A stretch of DNA of 64,000 nucleotides from Octopus sinensis (taxonomy: Eukaryota): assembly GCF_006345805.1 (NCBI RefSeq), contig NC_043001.1, positions 61,628,001 to 61,692,000 of the forward strand, read 5' to 3'. The first letter of the stretch is position 1. Each line of letters opens with the position of its first letter. Shown here piece after piece: positions 55,201 through 64,000 of this stretch. A model generated the notes under the pieces. It was not told where the DNA came from. It worked only from the letters and a program-made list of their open reading frames with translations, and did not search any database. The translations under genes and the position numbers were made by a program.

Positions 55201-56599
55201 GTTCGTATAATACATATAAACGATGTCCAGAGAATAACTTACCCATGTTGGAGGGGTAAAAAGGTGGAAAAGGCATCATGAACGTATGCTTGCGCATGCC
55301 GTATTGCTTATGTCTTCTGTTGGTTTTTTTTTATCTCGGAACGTATATCTCTTTGAAGGAGTTTCCCCTCGTTCCTATGTAGGATGTTTTGTGCCATTTA
55401 AATCTGTGATGATGGCCTACTACAGTAATTCTTTTCCCAGGAACTTATTGACCAGGGAACAATTTTCCAGTGACTAGAATTACAGAATCTTTGCAGGATG
55501 TTCTTAATGTTGTTATTCATATTGTGGATGAAAATAATCGACACTGTGTCAGGAAGGTAACTATATCTCACATTAGCCATACTCCTATTGAATATCTTGT
55601 GCTATCTATATCAGTGAGGAAAATGCTATCTATGAGTTTCGGGAATTTTCTAGGTAAGTTCGTGGCTACGTTCATACTCTCTGAGCAATTATACCATACA
55701 ATTTTCCTATATCTACGTGTTCTTTGTCTATCTACATATGTTCGTGGCTACTTCCATATGTCTACGTCTTCTTAGTTTCTCTATATTTGGTTGAATATAA
55801 GTTATATTTGTTTTAAATCTATGTTACTGCATATCTCTCGCTCATAAATTATATTACTCTAATTTTAAAATTAGTATAACTCGGCAAGACTGAGAAGGGG
55901 TAACTTCTGGAGGTAAGTGAGCAACGAAATAGATATGGAATCAAAATAAAATTAAAGTAAAAATTATCGATTTTTAAAGATATTATCTAATATTTAAGTG
56001 GGATGAGTGCGCTTAATTAAGTTGCAAAGTAGAGGTTAAATAAATTCTAAGAGATTAGGTATTAAGTAGTGAGTACTTCAAAGCATATTAGATAGCAGGT
56101 TTCAAGTATAAGAACCTGTTTCAAAATCTTGCGAGCATTTCAACCATTAGTTCACTAGATCTATTAAAAACATTACTTGAACATTTTAGTATTACCAATA
56201 ACGAGGTACAGTAAAGACTACACTCATAACTATCATTTGGATTATCAAAAGCCTGTTTGAATATGTTGCAGGCTATTTGGAATTTAATTTTTTTTATGTC
56301 ATCTAATCTCCAAATTTTCTCCGTGTGTATGCATCTCATCTTTCATATTTTATTGTTTTAACCATTCAACTGCATCCATGCTGGGGCACCGCATTGAAGA
56401 GTTTAAGTTTAACGAATTGATCAGTCCTTATTTTTTAAGCCTGGTCCTTATTTTATCTTTCACTTTCCCGAACCGTTATGTTACTGGGACGTAAACACAC
56501 CAAAACAGGTTGTCATGCGGTGGTGAGGGACAAACGCAGACACAAAGACATATAAACACAGACACAAACACACACACACACATATATATGTATATATAT

Positions 56600-56886
56600 T
56601 AATAATAATATGACAACAAATGAGTGAATGAGACCTCGATATTATGTAAAATAGAGGAATTTATCTATAAATATAATAGTTAGTTGTCATAATAAAACTC
56701 CGAGTTTCGGATGCTGGGGCTGAGGTCTGCTCTGGCATCTCATCAGTTATCAAGACAAACGCTATGAAAAAAAACCGTTGAATAAAAGGAAATTACTCCA
56801 ATAGGCATGGGGAAAGTAATACTTCATTAATAGAATCCGCATATGCACACATATACACACACATACACGTGCGCACACACACATAA

Positions 56887-56932
<46 letters not shown>

Positions 56933-57299
56933 TTACGCACGTGTGAGGATGTACATACAAACACACATATACATATATATGTCTACGCATACACGTATAA
57001 ACACCATGTTCTATCTGTGATCGTGGGGGGTCCAAAAACGTAGCAAATGTTTTGCCATATTTGGACATAGCTCCAAAAGTTTAGTTCTTGAATTTAAACA
57101 TGTAGCGGGATCTAAATCACTTTTCCAAATGAACCATCTTTCCACAACGCAAAGACCGCACTTTCCACTGCCGTTGTGCAAAGTTTACACTTGACCAAGA
57201 TCTTCCAGTGAATCTTATAGCTGACAACTTTTTCTTTTAAGGACCATATATAAGGGGATAATTATGTTGTCTTCTTTACGGAAATCGTAAAATGCCCGT

Positions 57300-57300
<1 letters not shown>
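56600..57300 (-). mobile_element. Penelope-like element 3' fragment (GIY-YIG C-terminus, 3' UTR and hammerhead)
   Basis: Minus strand YIWSLKEKVVSYKIHWKILVKCK..NGSGKCGLCVVERWFIWKSDLDPATCLNSRTKLLELCPNMAKHLLRFW. Homologous to 1497-2245. Confidence 0.85.
56684..56758 (-). ncRNA. Type I hammerhead ribozyme with intact core in a PLE 3' region
   Basis: ttgtcttgataa-CTGATGA-gatgc...gcatcc-GAAA-ctc g gag-TT-ttattatgacaa. Confidence 0.8.
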
Positions 57301-57339
<39 letters not shown>

Positions 57340-57556
57340 TCAATTTAGGGTAGCAAAAAATTCAGTAAAAATTTATCGCTACCAGCGGCCTAGTGGAAAA
57401 GAGAAAATAGTCAAAGACTAAATATATATAAATATAACAATTTAGGAATGGCCTAAACAGGCCATTCGTCCACCAGAAAGAGCAGCCAGAACTCCAACCG
57501 CCAAGTAGTGCAATTCGGAAATAAGGTGAAAATTTAAAAACGTTTACCCTAATTCA

Positions 57557-57657
57557 TCTTTTATACGATGCATCGTTTCAGTTTCTTTAATGATAGACCA
57601 GCTTAATTAAATTAAATTAAGCTAGTCTACCATAGGTCACACTTCATCAGTAAAAGA
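57557..57657 (-). ncRNA. Type I hammerhead ribozyme of the array unit (other minus copies 58777-58877, 59253-59353, 59728-59828, 60203-60303)
   Basis: Reverse complement of the 58207-58307 motif. Three copies carry a C>A change in stem II. Confidence 0.9.
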
Positions 57658-58206
57658 AACCTGGGAGAGACGGATATACACGAGGCGACTGTATCAATGC
57701 CTCGGGAATATCTGTCTTAAAATTTTCAAGACCAACGCATTCGCGCCAAACTTATCGGCAGCAAATATAAACTGCCGATTCAATCTCAGAATTAGTCAGA
57801 AAATTATCAATTAATCAATTTAGGGTAGCAAAAAATTCAGTAAAAATTTATCGCTACCAGCGGCCTAGTGGAAAAGAGAAAATAGTCAAAGACTAAATAT
57901 ATATAAATATAACAATTTAGGAATGGCCTAAACAGGCCATTCGTCCACCAGAAAGAGCAGCCAGAACTCCAACCGCCAAGTAGTGCAATTCGGAAATAAG
58001 GTGAAAATTTAAAAACGTTTACCCTAATTCATCTTTTATACGATGCATCGTTTCAGTGTCTTTAATGACTAATTCTGAGATTGAATCGGCAGTTTATATT
58101 TGCTGCCGATAAGTTTGGCGCGAATGCGTTGGTCTTGAAAATTTTAAGACAGATATTCCCGAGGCATTGATACAGTCGCCTCGTGTATATCCGTCTCTCC
58201 CAGGTT

Positions 58207-58307
58207 TCTTTTACTGATGAAGTGTGACCTATGGTAGACTAGCTTAATTTAATTTAATTAAGCTGGTCTATCATTAAAGACACTGAAACGATGCATCGTA
58301 TAAAAGA
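58207..58307 (+). ncRNA. Type I hammerhead ribozyme of the array unit (other plus copies 60847-60947, 61317-61416, 61791-61891)
   Basis: tctttta-CTGATGA-agtgt..[19-bp hairpin]..acact-GAAAC-gatgcatc-GTA-taaaaga. All core nucleotides are present. Predicted cleavage after 58300. Confidence 0.92.
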
Positions 58308-58523
58308 TGATTAGGGTAAACGTTTTTAAATTTTCACCTTATTTCCGAATTGCACTACTTGGCGGTTGGAGTTCTGGCTGCTCTTTCTGGTGGACGAATG
58401 GCCTGTTTAGGCCATTCCTAAATTGTTATATTTATATATATTTAGTCTTTGACTATTTTCTCTTTTCCACTAGGCCGCTGGTAGCGATAAATTTTTACTG
58501 AATTTTTTGCTACCCTAAATTGA

Positions 58524-58559
<36 letters not shown>

Positions 58560-61500
58560 TCAATTTAGGGTAGCAAAAAATTCAGTAAAAATTTATCGCT
58601 ACCAGCGGCCTAGTGGAAAAGAGAAAATAGTCAAAGACTAAATATATATAAATATAACAATTTAGGAATGGCCTAAACAGGCCATTCGTCCACCAGAAAG
58701 AGCAGCCAGAACTCCAACCGCCAAGTAGTGCAATTCGGAAATAAGGTGAAAATTTAAAAACGTTTACCCTAATTCATCTTTTATACGATGCATCGTTTCA
58801 GTTTCTTTAATGATAGACCAGCTTAATTAAATTAAATTAAGCTAGTCTACCATAGGTCACACTTCATCAGTAAAAGAAACCTGGGAGAGACGGATATACA
58901 CGAGGCGACTGTATCAATGCCTCGGGATATCTGTCTTAAAATTTTCAAGACCAACGCATTCGCGCCAAACTTATCGGCAGCAAATATAAACTGCCGATTC
59001 AATCTCAGAATTAGTCAGAAAAAATTATCAATTAATCAATTTAGGGTAGCAAAAAATTCAGTAAAAATTTATCGCTACCAGCGGCCTAGTGGAAAAGAGA
59101 AAATAGTCAAAGACTAAATATATATAAATATAACAATTTAGGAATGGCCTAAACAGGCCATTCGTCCACCAGAAAGAGCAGCCAGAACTCCAACCGCCAA
59201 GTAGTGCAATTCGGAAATAAGGTGAAAATTTAAAAACGTTTACCCTAATTCATCTTTTATACGATGCATCGTTTCAGTGTCTTTAATGATAGACCAGCTT
59301 AATTAAATTAAATTAAGCTAGTCTACCATAGGTCACACTTCATCAGTAAAAGAAACCTGGGAGAGACGGATATACACGAGGCGACTGTATCAATGCCTCG
59401 GGAATATCTGTCTTAAAATTTTCAAGACCAACGCATTCGCGCCAAACTTATCGGCAGCAAATATAAACTGCCGATTCAATCTCAGAATTAGTCAGAAAAT
59501 TATCAATTAATCAATTTAGGGTAGCAAAAAATTCAGTAAAAATTTATCGCTACCAGCGGCCTAGTGGAAAAGAGAAAATAGTCAAAGACTAAATATATAT
59601 AAATATAACAATTTAGGAATGGCCTAAACAGGCCATTCGTCCACCAGAAAGAGCAGCCAGAACTCCAACCGCCAAGTAGTGCAATTCGGAAATAAGGTGA
59701 AAATTTAAAAACGTTTACCCTAATTCATCTTTTATACGATGCATCGTTTCAGTGTCTTTAATGATAGACCAGCTTAATTAAATTAAATTAAGCTAGTCTA
59801 CCATAGGTCACACTTCATCAGTAAAAGAAACCTGGGAGAGACGGATATACACGAGGCGACTGTATCAATGCCTCGGGAATATCTGTCTTAAAATTTTCAA
59901 GACCAACGCATTCGCGCCAAACTTATCGGCAGCAAATATAAACTGCCGATTCAATCTCAGAATTAGTCAGAAAATTATCAATTAATCAATTTAGGGTAGC
60001 AAAAAATTCAGTAAAAATTTATCGCTACCAGCGGCCTAGTGGAAAAGAGAAAATAGTCAAAGACTAAATATATATAAATATAACAATTTAGGAATGGCCT
60101 AAACAGGCCATTCGTCCACCAGAAAGAGCAGCCAGAACTCCAACCGCCAAGTAGTGCAATTCGGAAATAAGGTGAAAATTTAAAAACGTTTACCCTAATT
60201 CATCTTTTATACGATGCATCGTTTCAGTTTCTTTAATGATAGACCAGCTTAATTAAATTAAATTAAGCTAGTCTACCATAGGTCACACTTCATCAGTAAA
60301 AGAAACCTGGGAGAGACGGATATACACGAGGCGACTGTATCAATGCCTCGGGAATATCTGTCTTAAAATTTTCAAGACCAACGCATTCGCGCCAAACTTA
60401 TCGGCAGCAAATATAAACTGCCGATTCAATCTCAGAATTAGTCAGAAAATTATCAATTAATCAATTTAGGGTAGCAAAAAATTCAGTAAAAATTTATCGC
60501 TACCAGCGGCCTAGTGGAAAAGAGAAAATAGTCAAAGACTAAATATATATAAATATAAAATTTAGGAATGGCCTAAACAGGCCATTCGTCCACCAGAAAG
60601 AGCAGCCAGAACTCCAACCGCCAAGTAGTGCAATTCGGAAATAAGGTGAAAATTTAAAAACGTTTACCCTAATTCATCTTTTATACGATGCATCGTTTCA
60701 GTGTCTTTAATGACTAATTCTGAGATTGAATCGGCAGTTTATATTGCTGCCGATAAGTTTGCGCGAATGCGTTGGTCTTGAAAATTTTAAGACAGATATT
60801 CCGAGGCATTGATACAGTCGCTCGTGTATATCCGTCTCTCCAGGTTTCTTTTACTGATGAAGTGTGACCTATGGTAGACTAGCTTAATTTAATTTAATTA
60901 AGCTGGTCTATCATTAAAGACACTGAAACGATGCATCGTATAAAAGATGAATTAGGGTAACGTTTTTAAATTTTCACCTTATTTCCGAATTGCACTACTT
61001 GGCGGTTGGAGTTCTGGCTGCTCTTTCTGGTGGACGAATGGCCTGTTTAGGCCATTCCTAATTGTTATATTTATATATTTAGTCTTTGACTATTTTCTCT
61101 TTTCCACTAGCCGCTGGTAGCGATAAATTTTTACTGAATTTTTTGCTACCCTAAATTGATTAATTGATAATTTTCTGACTAATTCTGAGATTGAATCGGC
61201 AGTTTATATTTGCTGCCGATAAGTTTGGCGCGAATGCGTTGGTCTTGAAAATTTTAAGACAGATATTCCCGAGGCATTGATACAGTCGCCTCGTGTATAT
61301 CCGTCTCTCCCAGGTTTCTTTTACTGATGAAGTGTGACCTATGGTAGACTAGCTTAATTTAATTTAATTAAGCTGGTCTATCATTAAGACACTGAAACGA
61401 TGCATCGTATAAAAGATGAATTAGGGTAAACGTTTTTAAATTTTCACCTTATTTCCGAATTGCACTACTTGGCGGTTGGAGTTCTGGCTGCTCTTTCTGG

Positions 61501-62008
61501 TGGACGAATGGCCTGTTTAGGCCATTCCTAAATTGTTATATTTATATATATTTAGTCTTTGACTATTTTCTCTTTTCCACTAGGCCGCTGGTAGCGATAA
61601 ATTTTTACTGAATTTTTTGCTACCCTAAATTGATTAATTGATAATTTTCTGACTAATTCTGAGATTGAATCGGCAGTTTATATTTGCTGCCGATAAGTTT
61701 GGCGCGAATGCGTTGGTCTTGAAAATTTTAAGACAGATATTCCCGAGGCATTGATACAGTCGCCTCGTGTATATCCGTCTCTCCCAGGTTTCTTTTACTG
61801 ATGAAGTGTGACCTATGGTAGACTAGCTTAATTTAATTTAATTAAGCTGGTCTATCATTAAAGACACTGAAACGATGCATCGTATAAAAGATGAATTAGG
61901 GTAAACGTTTTTAAATTTTCACCTTATTTCCGAATTGCACTACTTGGCGGTTGGAGTTCTGGCTGCTCTTTCTGGTGGACGAATGGCCTGTTTAGGCCAT
62001 TCCTAAAT

Positions 62009-62042
<34 letters not shown>

Positions 62043-62339
62043 GACGGGCTTTTTACAGTTTCCGTCTACCAAATCCACTCACAAGTCTTTGGTAGGCCCG
62101 AGGCTATAGTAGAAAACACCTGCCCAAGGTGCCACGCAGTGGGGCTAAACCTGCAATTATGTCGTCAGGAAGTAAGCTTCTTACCACACAGTCACACCTA
62201 TGTTTATATGTATATGAATATGTATGTGTATATATGTGTATGTGTATACATATATGTGAGTGTACGTATATGTATGCATATATAAGTATGTGTGTGTGAA
62301 TACGTACGCACTTGTGTATATTAGCTATTGTTAATTAGG

Positions 62340-62950
62340 ACGAGGGTAATGACAACTTTAATTATTTAATTTATTCTCTTTGGGCTGTATCCCTTAAATC
62401 ACCTGTTAAACTGAGAGTTTCAGTTCGGTTAAGTGATCTTTTAATTCACCTGCGCTTGCAATATTTATGTGATTCTTACAATTTTTTGACGCCAATGTAA
62501 AACCATGAACAAATTTAGATAAGTAAATTTAGATATGTTTGTTTGATTTCTTTCTTTTTAATTTGCCTTTTGAAGCCACACCTAAATTCTCCTATACATC
62601 TGAATGCTAATTTTATACGAACCTCGCATCCAGCTGACGTTGGATCAATCCACGTTGATGCAAGAGGTAACACTAATTTTAAAAACTGACCTACTTAAAA
62701 TTTCTCTGATGACGGTGGAACTTATGCAATGATGTAATATTTTGTTCCAAAACAGCTGCCGTAAATTTTAAGCACTATTTGTGTTTACTTTTATACTTAC
62801 ATCCCAGAGTCAGATCTACGGTTTGAATTAGATTTGTACCTACATATCTACAATATCCTAACAACACTGACTGTGAGTTCTATGTTACCGTACGTAGCCA
62901 TTCTGGTTTTCCACGTGTCGATGTGCCTTGATTCTATTGTATCCTTATAC
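62340..62950 (+). mobile_element. Old Penelope-like 3' relic with a degenerate hammerhead (62694-62772)
   Basis: SFLICLLKPHLN resembles a GIY-YIG end. cttaaaattt-ct-CTGATGA..ggaac/gttcc-aAAAC-agct-gcc-gt-aaattttaag has a 10-bp stem I. Confidence 0.5.
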
Positions 62951-62973
62951 TATATATACGTTTTGCTCGTATG

Positions 62974-63007
<34 letters not shown>

Positions 63008-63011
63008 ATAT

Positions 63012-63078
<67 letters not shown>

Positions 63079-63106
63079 ATATATATGTATATATATATAT
63101 ATATGT

Positions 63107-63650
63107 ATGAGCAAAACGCCCCCGTCCAATGGACGGTGCTGAATCATATCTGCTGAATAAAAAGCAATCAGTGTTTTCTTTTCATTAAAAAACAATTAAG
63201 CATGCCTTTATTTCAATAAATTTTTGGTTTTGTTAAACGAAGTAAAGGCAAAACAAACAAAACACTTCTCGAGAAACCAAATAGTCTTTCCTTCCTTCAT
63301 GCCAAGTTTGAAGAAAATATCTCTTTTGCATCTTACTTTTTACGTCTCTTAAATATACTGCATTTTGTGGCATTATTTCAAGCCAGCCGACTTTTTTTGC
63401 GCAAACTGCACGTGCATTTTTCTCGCGTACGCGTAGTATCGATCGCAACAGCTGATGCACTTGTGCGTACAAATGCACGTTCCCACGGCTTTATCGATCG
63501 CATTCTCACCTGGAATCGATTTTTGTAATTTTTTCAAGACTTATACACGCTCCGATACCGTCGGTATCTACATATCAAATTTGAGCGCAATCGGGTGGAG
63601 GATGCCCGAGATCCTAGAAGACACACAGACAGACAGAACGGATTTTATAT
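63107..63650 (-). mobile_element. Non-autonomous Helitron-like element (family of 2814-3266)
   Basis: Shared 5' part and 3' hairpin ccgtcca-t-tggacgg, with a different interior. Confidence 0.55.
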
Positions 63651-63664
63651 GATACATATATATA

Positions 63665-63726
<62 letters not shown>

Positions 63727-64000
63727 TTTATCTCGCCAATAATTTGAACCACACCTTCCAAGCATTAGCAATTTAATTAACCAACAAATACTTTCACTAA
63801 GCAATAGTCACCAGTATATTCTTTAGGAGACCATATTCTGTTGTTCGTTGCATGAATTGTATTCGGTGGCAGAATTGAGGAGTACATTTAAAAGTAATTT
63901 TTTTGACAATAAGTACCTAATTTACAAGGGGGAAGGTGGAGTAAATTTCGATTTAATGATAATATGATGTTGGCAAGCTAATTGTACGCCAAGGGCCTAA

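Larger units (their letters stand above)
50392..55260 (+). mobile_element. Near full-length L1/Tx1-clade non-LTR retrotransposon, inactivated
   Basis: ORF1 with CCHC knuckle, then ORF2 with APE, RT and Cys-rich domains, in the correct order. GC content is above the flanks. Confidence 0.92.
57336..62009. mobile_element. Tandem and inverted array of a 475-bp hammerhead-containing unit (candidate non-LTR retrozyme), about 9.8 units
   Basis: caatttagggtagc recurs at 57341, 57816, 58561, 59037, 59512, 59987 and 60462. Inversions at 58066 and 60711. (TA)n at both ends and at 58528-58555. Confidence 0.93.

Noticed and set aside
57336-62009. CRISPR array or plain satellite
   Set aside because: No spacers and a eukaryotic context. 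The ribozyme core, inversions and dispersed copies argue against a simple satellite.

Overview
AT-rich, microsatellite-dense eukaryotic DNA made almost entirely of repeats. The SINE and microsatellite content resembles an octopus or other cephalopod genome (inference). There is no confident host gene. It contains decayed Tc1/mariner transposons, a near full-length frameshifted L1/Tx1 LINE (50.4-55.2 kb), R4/Dong-like and CR1-like LINE fragments, tRNA-derived SINEs and non-autonomous Helitron-like elements. The main signal is a Penelope/hammerhead-ribozyme system. A 4.7-kb array (57336-62009) of a near-identical, non-coding, highly structured 475-bp unit carries one type I hammerhead per unit (9 complete copies), with an unusually long stem II and a palindromic stem III. 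The units form head-to-head inverted blocks inserted in (TA)n, which fits a candidate circRNA-producing non-LTR retrozyme. Several other unrelated hammerhead families, fold-back insertions and Penelope GIY-YIG relics are scattered through the window. All calls are by eye; no searches or folding programs were run.
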